Shown one piece after another: positions 52,397-60,882 of a stretch of DNA of 64,000 nucleotides. A model generated the notes under the pieces. It was not told the DNA's origin. It searched no databases and saw nothing but the letters and a program-made list of their open reading frames with translations. Both the position numbers and the translations under genes were made by a program. Every line of letters starts with the position of its first letter. Positions within the stretch are counted from its first letter, which is position 1. Origin of the DNA: a virus (taxonomy: Duplodnaviria; Caudoviricetes). The DNA lies in IMG/VR virus record IMGVR_UViG_2706795240_000001, positions 1-64,000 of that record; one strand, written 5' to 3'.

Positions 52397-53080
52397 CTAG
52401 AAGGGCATATCATCATCGCTTGCTGCCGGTGCTTCCGGTGCTGCCGGTGCCGCAGGAGCGGCGGGTGCTGCCGGTGCTGCATTTCCCGCAGGCGGTGCCG
52501 GGGGCGCAGGCGGTGCCGCATTTCCCGCAGGCGGTGCCGGTGGTGCGGCGGGTGCCGCCGGGGGCGTGGGTGCTGCTGCGCTTGCGCCCATTGCCGAAAT
52601 TCCGCTGTCAGACTTAACAACGCTGGTCTGACCGGCGCGGATTTGCTCTGCCGTAGGAATCTCACGCTCACGTCGCTTGTCGTCAAACAGGTTCGGCTGA
52701 GCGTCAACCCACTGCTGAGCGATAGCAATTTCATCCTCGGTCAGCGGCTCAACAACAACGTACTGAGCGGTGTTATTCTTATTCGGCTTCATGCGAAGAC
52801 GAATCGGAAGAGTTTCACCAACATGGTTGTTGAGGTTGTCCCAGACAATCTTGTTCATCCACATGACGTGAATGAAGACCTCCTGGGTATTGAGGTCGAG
52901 AATATCCAGATAAAGAGCCGTGCCGTCACCATCCGGTGAAAACGCGGTCTTCATACCCTCGCGCTTGTCAACAACATTAACAAGCAGTGCATGACTGGCG
53001 GCTGCAACGTCCGCCGCCTTAAGTCGGTCACCCTCGATCTGCGAAGTCGGCTCAAAAGAACCGAGCGTTCCCATTCCCAT
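52397..53080 (-). CDS. Single-stranded DNA-binding protein (probable)
   Basis: Beta-rich N-domain, Ala/Pro linker, acidic DDDMPF C-terminus typical of SSBs. Start ATG 53080 after AGGAGA. Confidence 0.65.
   Translation of the reverse strand: MGMGTLGSFEPTSQIEGDRLKAADVAAASHALLVNVVDKREGMKTAFSPDGDGTALYLDILDLNTQEVFIHVMWMNKIVWDNLNNHVGETLPIRLRMKPNKNNTAQYVVVEPLTEDEIAIAQQWVDAQPNLFDDKRREREIPTAEQIRAGQTSVVKSDSGISAMGASAAAPTPPAAPAAPPAPPAGNAAPPAPPAPPAGNAAPAAPAAPAAPAAPEAPAASDDDMPF
52479..52540 (+). repeat. 23-bp direct repeat x2 (39-nt period) encoding the Ala/Pro linker
   Basis: GCATTTCCCGCAGGCGGTGCCGG at 52479-52501 and 52518-52540. Confidence 0.85.
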
Positions 53081-53189
53081 TTTTTGTTCTCCTATTTTTT
53101 CGATACCGACCAACATTGTTATTGTCCGGTATTTATTTCTTGCCCTGTGACTCAGCGGTGTGGGACACCGCTCGTCGTTGGCGATCATG

Positions 53190-53219
53190 ACGCTACGTGG
53201 TCACACGTAGCGCTGTCAA
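53190..53219 (-). promoter_or_regulatory. SigA-type promoter for SSB gene overlapped by a perfect palindrome (operator candidate)
   Basis: Minus strand TTGACA (53219-53214), N18, TAGCGT (53195-53190). CGCTACGTG-GTCA-CACGTAGCG at 53191-53212. Confidence 0.65.
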
Positions 53220-53328
53220 GTAGGACGTGTGCCGACATGTGCTGACGTGTCCCAAGCCGCTGGTGAGCCACCTAGATCACCTGGTCACTCAGTGACGGGT
53301 AGGCCCTGAACGGGTCTCTACGTGGCGC

Positions 53329-53586
53329 TCAGAGGGCCGCGCGGGTCAGCTTCTCCCACTCCACGCAGACCGCGCCCGACTTGTTGAGCGCCGCGTGGGC
53401 GCTGGCGTGCCCTTTTGGCAATCCACATTTATCGCCCCAATGATTCCTATTACCGCACACGTTTCTCGTGATGGGCATTGGTGAATCAATTAGCATGTCA
53501 ACTACCGCGCGGACTGCTGTAGCAATTCGATAATCTTCGGACCCCTGTGTAACGAAGTATTTGGTACGATATGTCATTTCTGCCAT
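53329..53586 (-). CDS. Hypothetical protein with C-terminal Cys/His motif
   Basis: CG...W...CGLPKGH...H pattern. Start MAEMTY. Confidence 0.6.
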   Translation of the reverse strand: MAEMTYRTKYFVTQGSEDYRIATAVRAVVDMLIDSPMPITRNVCGNRNHWGDKCGLPKGHASAHAALNKSGAVCVEWEKLTRAAL

Positions 53587-53599
53587 ATCATACGTCTTT

Positions 53600-54439
53600 T
53601 CACGTTCGCGGTCTGAGGGCTGTGATTGCATTAGACTTCACTCCTGTTATGCTTGGCTTTAATGCGGTAATAGTGCTGCTCGACCCACCCATCCTGGGCA
53701 GCCTAGCGGGGTCGGTAAATTCTGCGGTGATTCGTCGCATCCAGTACACAAACATTGGATACATGTACTTCGGGGTCGTATTGTTAGCATAAAACTTCGG
53801 CTTGGAAAAGGTAACCCCATTCTTCATAACCCGTTCCGTGTGAATGCTCCACACGTATTTAAACAAGTAGTTTCCCGTGCGAATGTCATTCAGATAGAAA
53901 TTCTTAAATACGGTAATGCCACTCTGGGTCATGTCTAGAATTGCTGGCTTTTCTTCCCAGGCAATCATATTATCTATCAGCGGAAGCATGGGGACATACC
54001 AGCGCGGCTGGCAGGGTGGCCCAGTTTTTCCATCCTGACTCCACTTTGTAAATGGGCACTCGTGACACCGAATCGTGGGCTTGCTAGCTATCGGACTGGT
54101 TAGTCTATCCCGAAATTCTTGGTACGGAAAATTGGCCTGAGGATGACCTACATTGCCGTCTAGGGATATGCACTGCTTTCCGCCTTTTGCAATTTTGCCT
54201 GCCATTGTTCCGCCTTCATCGCCACTGGGCCACATTTGCCTCTGACGAACCAGGCCAAGCGGAACTGCTTCAACTACCCCGCTCCCGTTTAGGAGTCCCT
54301 GGAATTTGGTATTATCGCCAAAAGAACTAAGCAATTTTCCATGCTTATGGTCGATGTAAATTCGCTCATATCCGTTGATAGATTTAGCGCCCGGCTCAGC
54401 GTTATTTGGCTTGAAGTTGCCGTTGAAGTTAAGTCCCAT
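53600..54439 (-). CDS. Hypothetical protein, possible ssDNA-binding/recombination protein
   Basis: CISLDG...CHECPFTKWS...PPC Cys motif of a recurrent phage family. Function not established. Confidence 0.6.
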   Translation of the reverse strand: MGLNFNGNFKPNNAEPGAKSINGYERIYIDHKHGKLLSSFGDNTKFQGLLNGSGVVEAVPLGLVRQRQMWPSGDEGGTMAGKIAKGGKQCISLDGNVGHPQANFPYQEFRDRLTSPIASKPTIRCHECPFTKWSQDGKTGPPCQPRWYVPMLPLIDNMIAWEEKPAILDMTQSGITVFKNFYLNDIRTGNYLFKYVWSIHTERVMKNGVTFSKPKFYANNTTPKYMYPMFVYWMRRITAEFTDPARLPRMGGSSSTITALKPSITGVKSNAITALRPRT

Positions 54440-54884
54440 CTTGATCGTACCCGAACCTTCCAAATTTCTTGGTATTCCTCACCTTCCGCTTGTGCTGCCG
54501 ATAAAGCTCGGGAAGGCCCTTGCGGAATGCTCCAATTTCAAATGAATAAAAACGACGCGGACGCTCTGCAACCTTGCAAAATCCGATCTGCTCCCATTTC
54601 TTAAGAACGTTCCACACAGAATCGGATGCAGTTGGCCGTCCGTCTATCTCGACGCAGCGACGGGTGATATATTCTGCGGTGCAAATTGTGTCGGCTTGAT
54701 GATTTACGAACCAATCCTTCACGATATGCTCGATCATCGATTCAAGCTCTCCGCGTGCCCGTCGTCCAGATTCGGTAGGCGGAAATTCCATTACCGGCGG
54801 AACCGTAGTTCCGTTCCACGCTTCCGCAAGGGTGGGAATCCCCTTGTCCGTGAAGGTGAAAACGGGTTCACCAGGTCGAGTCAT
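54429..54884 (-). CDS. Hypothetical protein (possible winged-helix)
   Basis: 151 aa. Confidence 0.6.
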   Translation of the reverse strand: MTRPGEPVFTFTDKGIPTLAEAWNGTTVPPVMEFPPTESGRRARGELESMIEHIVKDWFVNHQADTICTAEYITRRCVEIDGRPTASDSVWNVLKKWEQIGFCKVAERPRRFYSFEIGAFRKGLPELYRQHKRKVRNTKKFGRFGYDQDGT

Positions 54885-54996
54885 CGATCATCACTCCAAA
54901 TAGTTTATTGCATCGCGTGCAGCTCATGGATGCCACGCCGCCGTCTACGTGTACCTTGTATTTGTGCTGATTAAGCCAGTATAGAATTCCGATCAT
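54868..54996 (-). CDS. Small CxxC protein (42 aa, not in ORF track)
   Basis: MIGILYWLNQHKYKVHVDGGVASMSCTRCNKLFGVMIDDSTW. ATGA overlap. Confidence 0.5.
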   Translation of the reverse strand: MIGILYWLNQHKYKVHVDGGVASMSCTRCNKLFGVMIDDSTW

Positions 54997-55214
54997 TTCT
55001 TTGACCGTTCAATTGCATTCATGTGTTCGACAACAAACTTTGCAATTAGCGTGAGCGCCTGGTCTTCGGTGAATCCGTTTCCGTACCTGAACAGGGTGTA
55101 CATATCCATGAAGCCGACGGACGCCATTTCCGGATCATCGCTCTTGAACAGTTCTCGGATTTCCTCTGCGATCGCATCCTCATTAAGTGGCTCGTGCTCG
55201 GGCTTGTCAGTCAT
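54993..55214 (-). CDS. Hypothetical protein
   Basis: Start MTDKPEHE. MYTLFRYGNGFTEDQALTL pattern. Confidence 0.65.
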   Translation of the reverse strand: MTDKPEHEPLNEDAIAEEIRELFKSDDPEMASVGFMDMYTLFRYGNGFTEDQALTLIAKFVVEHMNAIERSKK

Positions 55215-55536
55215 TACGTCCAGCCTCTCGGTTGTATTCGTCCTCTTCGGTAACCGGCGGCTCAATGAAATAAGTCTCCCGGTCGATTGCGCGATACACC
55301 TGTCTTTCGAGCGGCATTGATAACGGAACGCGGCACCCATAACTCATGATGAATAGTCGACCATTATTCCAGTTCTTGTCTTTGTAAACGCGCCTGCGGA
55401 ACGGGCCACAAAAGTGGTATGGGTCTAGATGAACAAGGGCAGACTTTCCTCGATAATGTAGCGTCTTGGGGTGAACCATTTCTCTAGTCACCTCAATATC
55501 TACAATTCCAGACGCCTTGATTTGATGTTCCCTCAT
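55207..55536 (-). CDS. Hypothetical protein
   Basis: 109 aa, coupled. Confidence 0.6.
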   Translation of the reverse strand: MREHQIKASGIVDIEVTREMVHPKTLHYRGKSALVHLDPYHFCGPFRRRVYKDKNWNNGRLFIMSYGCRVPLSMPLERQVYRAIDRETYFIEPPVTEEDEYNREAGRND

Positions 55537-55790
55537 AGTTTCTTCCCTAGAACTTCGTACTCGAAGTCTGGTCCGAATACGGTGATTTCCTTGTTGACTT
55601 CGGCAACGTAAATCTTGTCGCCTGGATTCATTTTCAGTCGACCCGCCTCAATGTCTTCCGCCTTTTGACGATAGACCATGATGCAGTATTCAATCGTTCC
55701 GGTGGCAAGCAGCAATACATTGCCGCGCAAATCCTCTGCGATCAGCTTGTGCGTATTGTTGCCGATTCGGTTGAGGTTACTTCCGTTCAT
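55533..55790 (-). CDS. Hypothetical protein
   Basis: 85 aa, coupled. Confidence 0.6.
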   Translation of the reverse strand: MNGSNLNRIGNNTHKLIAEDLRGNVLLLATGTIEYCIMVYRQKAEDIEAGRLKMNPGDKIYVAEVNKEITVFGPDFEYEVLGKKL

Positions 55791-55950
55791 TGATGTACTT
55801 ATCGATCAGGTCTCGCATTTCAATGGCAGTTTCGATTGAATCGACCTTTGCGCTACAGTCGCAACCTTCAATGAACAGTTCGTCATTATAGATGTAAATG
55901 CCGTGAGGCCTGGAGCTATCGCTGTTCGCCCTGACTTCGGCGTCTTCCAT
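55777..55950 (-). CDS. Hypothetical protein (57 aa)
   Basis: Start MEDAEV after GAGG, immediately after the upstream stop. Confidence 0.55.
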   Translation of the reverse strand: MEDAEVRANSDSSRPHGIYIYNDELFIEGCDCSAKVDSIETAIEMRDLIDKYINERK

Positions 55951-55951
55951 A

Positions 55952-56224
55952 TTAATCAACCTCTTCCATGGTCCATGCCTGAACATGCGGATTAAATACT
56001 GACACCATTTCGGTGAAAGTGTCAATCAACTTGATGAGGTCGCCTACCTGGTAATCTTCCTGATTATCGTTGGCCAATCGGCGCAGCATATTCAGGGCCA
56101 GAATTCGCCTACCGGTCAGAATGTATCCGACGAAACTTTGAGCCTTGGATTCAGAAAATCCCATGTCCTCAGCGTCGATTTCGATCTCGCGGACAACCTG
56201 TGACCACTTTTTCTTTTCAGTCAT
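55952..56224 (-). CDS. Hypothetical protein
   Basis: Start MTEKKKW after AGGAGAG. Confidence 0.65.
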   Translation of the reverse strand: MTEKKKWSQVVREIEIDAEDMGFSESKAQSFVGYILTGRRILALNMLRRLANDNQEDYQVGDLIKLIDTFTEMVSVFNPHVQAWTMEEVD

Positions 56225-56240
56225 TTTTCTCTCCTGTGAA

Positions 56241-56648
56241 TTAGTACTTCTCGGACTCAAGGTGGGACTTGTACGCCATTTCCCATATGTCAATGGGCCA
56301 AGCGTTAATAGCGTTTTGCTGAAAATCGCTCACCTTAACGGGGAGGACGCCACGATCTTTTCCAATCTTTACTGCACGCATTCCGATGGACTTGGAAAGT
56401 GCTGTATTTCTCTGTCCGATTTTTTTGCTCACGAACTGCATTGCAGTCATGTATTCGACGCCAACGCGCGGCTCGGAGTCCGCAAGGTTTTCCTGCAATT
56501 TCCTCAGCTCGCCTTCCGCTTCCAGTCGGCTTAAGTTTGCCGCCTTTGCAGATTCTTCCAGCTTCCGATTTTCCGCACTCAGGCTCGCTATCTTAGCGTC
56601 TAGATCGCCAAGGAGCGCGCGAATTGCATCTACTCCGGTGTCAGTCAT
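56241..56648 (-). CDS. Coiled-coil protein with small C-terminal putative DNA-binding domain
   Basis: Heptad N-terminus; YMTAMQF...SIGMRA...VNAWP-like C-terminus. Confidence 0.65.
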   Translation of the reverse strand: MTDTGVDAIRALLGDLDAKIASLSAENRKLEESAKAANLSRLEAEGELRKLQENLADSEPRVGVEYMTAMQFVSKKIGQRNTALSKSIGMRAVKIGKDRGVLPVKVSDFQQNAINAWPIDIWEMAYKSHLESEKY

Positions 56649-56823
56649 TTTTCTCTCCTGTGATTGCTAGTTTTCCGTCGGGGCCGATTTCTAGCGCGAG
56701 CTTTACGTCTCCGTAGTCCACCTCGACCTTGCCTGTGATAAGCACCTCTAGCTCAACCTCTGCCCTGAGGTCGACTATCGGCTTTCGCGTGCCGTCTTCA
56801 TCGAATGCGCTAATAGTTTTCAT
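56641..56823 (-). CDS. Hypothetical protein
   Basis: 60 aa, coupled to the recombinase gene. Confidence 0.55.
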   Translation of the reverse strand: MKTISAFDEDGTRKPIVDLRAEVELEVLITGKVEVDYGDVKLALEIGPDGKLAITGEKND

Positions 56824-57620
56824 CAGAAATTCACCGCCTCGTGGAATGCAGCGTCGGAAATTCCGAGATACTGCTGAGTCTGTGCAACCGAGCTGTGGCC
56901 GAGAAGTCGCTGCACCTTCACTATATCTCCCGTTCCGTTGTAAACCTCAGTGGCGAACGTGGCGCGAAGGTCGTGTGAAGAAACATTCTTGCCGTTCTTG
57001 TGTACCACGCCCATCCTGCCAAAAAGATCGGTGACCTTTTTGCGGGCGCAGCGATCCTGCCGATTAACGTACTTCGACTTCGGATTCTCTGGTGCGTATG
57101 CGGTGAGAATTTGAGCCAACTCACGACTAACCGGAACGTGACGAGTCTTTCCGCCCTTTCCTCGAATCGTGATCAGATTGGTTGACTTATTCCAGTCCAC
57201 CGGGCGAACGGAAAGCGTCTCCGCAATTCGGAATCCGGCAAGGCCACCGAGTGCGAGTGTAAGTTTTGTCTCACGCTCGGTGGCGAATGCGATCGCGGCG
57301 CGGATGATATTTACTCCACCGGGAACCGGGTGTGGCGTAGGCGCACCAACCGTAGGCAGCTTGTACTCATTGAGTGATTTACGCTCGGCATCCAGACCGA
57401 GGTAGTCGGACCAGGATTTCATTGCAGCCGTGCGAGACTTGAGTAGCGATGCCGAAGCGCCGTTATTTCGAGCCTCAATGATCCAGTCAAGAAAATCGCT
57501 ATGCTCGCTCGCCATAAACTGGCGAACAATATTCGAGTAAACCCGAACCGTATTTGCGGACTTCCCCAGTCGGAAAAGACTGGACTCATACCCGTCAAGT
57601 GCCTGCTGATCAATGCTCAT
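56823..57620 (-). CDS. Tyrosine recombinase (XerC/D-like size)
   Basis: GFRIAE (R), RGKGGK (K), SHDLRATFAT (HxxR), LLGH, TQQY (Y). Confidence 0.92.
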   Translation of the reverse strand: MSIDQQALDGYESSLFRLGKSANTVRVYSNIVRQFMASEHSDFLDWIIEARNNGASASLLKSRTAAMKSWSDYLGLDAERKSLNEYKLPTVGAPTPHPVPGGVNIIRAAIAFATERETKLTLALGGLAGFRIAETLSVRPVDWNKSTNLITIRGKGGKTRHVPVSRELAQILTAYAPENPKSKYVNRQDRCARKKVTDLFGRMGVVHKNGKNVSSHDLRATFATEVYNGTGDIVKVQRLLGHSSVAQTQQYLGISDAAFHEAVNF

Positions 57621-57655
57621 TTTAACCTCTCCCGTGGTTCTTACTGACTGATACC

Positions 57656-57684
57656 AGACTACCCCACTTCCCCTTTAAGTGCAA
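57656..57684 (-). promoter_or_regulatory. SigA-type promoter for recombinase gene
   Basis: Minus strand TTGCAC (57684-57679), N17, TAGTCT (57661-57656). RBS GGGAGAGG follows. Confidence 0.65.
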
Positions 57685-57694
57685 CTAACTACGG

Positions 57695-58531
57695 TTACTT
57701 GCGCTCCCATCCCAGGTCAGGGGCATCGGACCGGCGCGGAAGGAGGGACCAGGCCAATCCGGACATACGCGTCAAATACGATACAATGCTTTCTTTTTTG
57801 GTGCCCAGCTTCATTTCCTCTGGTGAAATTCCGCCGTTAAGTTCCACTTTAGAAAAGTCCAGCCCCTCCAATACGGCCTCAACAACTACTGAGCTATCCG
57901 CTGAAATGTGATCATTAACTCCAACATTGTCCAGCCAGGCTGTGCGAATATCCTCCAGAGTCGACGTTCCAAGTCTCGCAGTAAAGAACTGCTCGACAGC
58001 CCGATCGTCCATTCCGCGAAAATATGTAATCCAATCGCCGTTAATTTGCGAGCTTACTGGCAAAAATATTCCAGCTTCTGGAATGATCGGAAGCGCAAAG
58101 GGTGACGCAGCCTCTGCGAGTGCTCCGGATTCTGGACTTTTCATTAGCAGGGGCAGGATTACTGAATCAGACGGAAATGGAACATATGAGTTCGTAGAGC
58201 TTCTATATGGTCTAAACCATGCAACGTTATGATGCGTTGCGTCTTTACTCAATTGAGACTCGTGTTCCCATACGGGTGCCGTGTAATGGACAATTGGAGT
58301 TCCGTGATATTTGACCAAAACTGCCGGTGACCCTATGTGCGTTCTCTCCACCTCAAAGGTGACGTTCTTTTCGTTCATTTCTACTGCGAGCTTGCTGTTA
58401 TCGTGATGCGCGGATACATGAATATCCAGGTCAACAAAGTCCCCGAACATAGAGTCTGGATAAAACTTATGTTCTCCAGTCGTGTAGTAGATTTCTTTCA
58501 TTAGCCGCTCTGAGTTCTGAGTCAGCACCAT
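57695..58531 (-). CDS. Hypothetical protein
   Basis: 278-aa ORF. Confidence 0.7.
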   Translation of the reverse strand: MVLTQNSERLMKEIYYTTGEHKFYPDSMFGDFVDLDIHVSAHHDNSKLAVEMNEKNVTFEVERTHIGSPAVLVKYHGTPIVHYTAPVWEHESQLSKDATHHNVAWFRPYRSSTNSYVPFPSDSVILPLLMKSPESGALAEAASPFALPIIPEAGIFLPVSSQINGDWITYFRGMDDRAVEQFFTARLGTSTLEDIRTAWLDNVGVNDHISADSSVVVEAVLEGLDFSKVELNGGISPEEMKLGTKKESIVSYLTRMSGLAWSLLPRRSDAPDLGWERK

Positions 58532-58540
58532 GTCGCATTC

Positions 58541-58870
58541 CTAGTCTATAAGTCCGAACAATCTGAATACATCGCGAGCCTTTTGAATGCTCCCCGCCGG
58601 TGTATCGAGTGGTTCTGTGGCTGAAATTTTTCCCGGAGTCGCCAAATTCTCCGACGCTCCGACTTGAGGATCGTCACCAGAATCCGCCAAATTCTGGTCT
58701 TCCTCGACTTCAATATTCTCATACGCCGAAGGCGCAGGCTTTGGCAGATTAAATCTGTTAGCCTGCGCCTTCGGGGCTGCCGAATTTTTCTTCGGCCTAT
58801 TCGCTGGTGGTGGGGATTTTTTTACTGGCTTGGCTGGTTCCGGTAATTCGCCACCAAATAGATCGATCAT
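58541..58870 (-). CDS. Hypothetical low-complexity protein
   Basis: 109 aa, coupled. Confidence 0.6.
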   Translation of the reverse strand: MIDLFGGELPEPAKPVKKSPPPANRPKKNSAAPKAQANRFNLPKPAPSAYENIEVEEDQNLADSGDDPQVGASENLATPGKISATEPLDTPAGSIQKARDVFRLFGLID

Positions 58871-59574
58871 GCCTCTTGCTTAAGGCACAATTCGACCTGA
58901 GTCTCGGTAAGGTTCAGCGATCCTGCAATCTGCTTAACGCCGAATCCCGCCGCCGCCACGCCCTTAACCGCCGCTACCATTCCAGCATCGATTACAGGCG
59001 TAGCCGAATTCTGGGTAGGGCCAACGGCTGGCGGGGTTGATGGAACCGCAGATTTCGCAGGCTTCTTTGCAGTTGTCCCAGACGTTGGCGCATTCTGCTT
59101 CGCTGCCACATGCAAAGCATCCCCAGACGCCTGACCCATAAAACCCGGCGTAGATGGAACCTCCGTTCCGGCTTTCATTGCCTTATATCTTTGCACTGCG
59201 AGCTTCACAACCTGATCCGAATTCTCAAAGAACGGAGTGCAGGCAATCATGATTGCAATTGCCAGACCTCGACCAGCGGAAGTCTTTGCCGTTTTATCTA
59301 CCATATCTTCGAGGTATGAGCACCACGCGTTCAAATCGTCCGGAGAGGGCTTGTCCTTAGACGGACCGCTCCACTCAATTGCCTCTGCCGTGTGCTTGTC
59401 GAGTTCGTGCCACATTTGCTGAATAATGGTCGGTGCCATTGGGTTTCTCCTGGTGTCGTGAAATAGGTCTAGATGCACGAGCATCTGTTTGTATTGCTCT
59501 CCCGGCGGATCACTGTAGTCTGCCGACCAATCGCAGGCCAGACAGTCTAGTTCAACCGGAACTTTATCCATCAT
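58867..59574 (-). CDS. Hypothetical protein (N-terminal CxxC..H..H, C-terminal HTH-like)
   Basis: LDCLACDW...HLDLFH; GFGVKQIAGSLNLTETQVELCL. Confidence 0.65.
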   Translation of the reverse strand: MMDKVPVELDCLACDWSADYSDPPGEQYKQMLVHLDLFHDTRRNPMAPTIIQQMWHELDKHTAEAIEWSGPSKDKPSPDDLNAWCSYLEDMVDKTAKTSAGRGLAIAIMIACTPFFENSDQVVKLAVQRYKAMKAGTEVPSTPGFMGQASGDALHVAAKQNAPTSGTTAKKPAKSAVPSTPPAVGPTQNSATPVIDAGMVAAVKGVAAAGFGVKQIAGSLNLTETQVELCLKQEA

Positions 59575-59577
59575 GAC

Positions 59578-59664
59578 TCACCTCTTTTTTACTGCCCCGT
59601 AGGACATAATAAACAGGCAGACTATATATGCTCCGATTCCGCCGATAATCGATGCCGCGATCAT
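59578..59664 (-). CDS. Membrane microprotein (28 aa, not in ORF track)
   Basis: MIAASIIGGIGAYIVCLFIMSYGAVKKR. TAATG overlap. Its end supplies the GAGG RBS for the next gene. Confidence 0.55.
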   Translation of the reverse strand: MIAASIIGGIGAYIVCLFIMSYGAVKKR

Positions 59665-59888
59665 TAATCACCATCCTTCGGTACACAATATCCACGACGC
59701 TGAATGCTTCGCATCAGGGCTTCGGATGGACTATTAGAGTCAAGCCACTCCTGAATGATTGGCTCCTGCTCCGCTTTTGTCAGGTGACCAATCTCCAAGT
59801 TGTTGATAAGCTGCCCGAGACTATACGGAACCGGCTTGCCTTCCCCCTGGTAGAAAATCGAATCATCATAGAGTCGTTCGTTTTCCAT
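59664..59888 (-). CDS. Hypothetical protein
   Basis: Start MENERLY by TAATG overlap. Confidence 0.6.
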   Translation of the reverse strand: MENERLYDDSIFYQGEGKPVPYSLGQLINNLEIGHLTKAEQEPIIQEWLDSNSPSEALMRSIQRRGYCVPKDGD

Positions 59889-60112
59889 TAGTTTTCCTCC
59901 ACTACTTCCAGGCAATCTGGATCGATCTGAATTCCATACTCGATGATCGGGTCTTTTCGTGCCGCGTCATATGCCTCTTTTACCGAGTCATACGGGATAG
60001 ACTTCTCGTCTGGCTCCACGCGTTCCTCGTTCGATGCAAACCCCATGACTGCGGCGAATTTACCGGCCTCAGTAGGGTGCTTGCAGATTCGGTAGTAATT
60101 GTCTGCGCTCAT
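59888..60112 (-). CDS. Hypothetical protein
   Basis: 74 aa, coupled. Confidence 0.65.
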   Translation of the reverse strand: MSADNYYRICKHPTEAGKFAAVMGFASNEERVEPDEKSIPYDSVKEAYDAARKDPIIEYGIQIDPDCLEVVEEN

Positions 60113-60351
60113 GAATGTAGCCCCTTGTCTATCTTTGCCTTCGTATCATACGGCTTGTCTACAGCAAGACTAGGAATTTCCAGCTTTGCCAGACCCTCCC
60201 TTGCCGCCTTGCGAACCGACTTTTCTAGCGTCACCTCTGGGACCAGTTGGTGCTTAACGATATGGTCGCCGTATCGGTCCATCCATTCCGACCTGTCGAC
60301 CTCCACGGTGACGCACACCATGACTCGCATGATGCCGTCCTTATTAGCCAT
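60109..60351 (-). CDS. Hypothetical protein
   Basis: 80 aa, coupled. Confidence 0.6.
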   Translation of the reverse strand: MANKDGIMRVMVCVTVEVDRSEWMDRYGDHIVKHQLVPEVTLEKSVRKAAREGLAKLEIPSLAVDKPYDTKAKIDKGLHS

Positions 60352-60877
60352 TCGCGGACTCCATTTGCCTGTAGTAGTTGTAGCAAATTAGAGCGTGTGC
60401 CCTGACTTGTTCTGCGTCTAACATAAACCTGTTTGCAATGCGCTCGGCAAGGTTGCAATCATTCGATGCGGTAGAGGCTATCAACTGATCGGTCATAAAT
60501 GACATAATTGCAAGCGATTCTTCTGTTCCGGTGTCGGCGAAGTATTCTGGATTAGCGCTTACTGCTCGACAGAAGCACCTAAATACGGTGAGCGTAAAGA
60601 AATTGGACAGCGTATCAGCAATTCCATTTACGCCGGATGAGTTAATTTCCATGACCTCATCGACGGTCCATTTAAGCTCAATATCGGCGTCATCTTTGAC
60701 CATATGAATGACTGTCTGAATATCTGGAACTACTTCTGTACGCTTCGCTTCCTCGATTTGCGCCTCGAAGTAATCGATCACGTCTTCAGTGTCAATTATT
60801 CCTTCATGCCACTCTAACGTCAAGTCCTCGTTATTGTGTAGCCATTCCAGCGCTTCTTCGAGTTGCCTGCTATTCAT
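60344..60877 (-). CDS. Hypothetical protein
   Basis: 177 aa, acidic helical. Confidence 0.7.
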   Translation of the reverse strand: MNSRQLEEALEWLHNNEDLTLEWHEGIIDTEDVIDYFEAQIEEAKRTEVVPDIQTVIHMVKDDADIELKWTVDEVMEINSSGVNGIADTLSNFFTLTVFRCFCRAVSANPEYFADTGTEESLAIMSFMTDQLIASTASNDCNLAERIANRFMLDAEQVRAHALICYNYYRQMESANG

Positions 60878-60882
60878 GCGAC

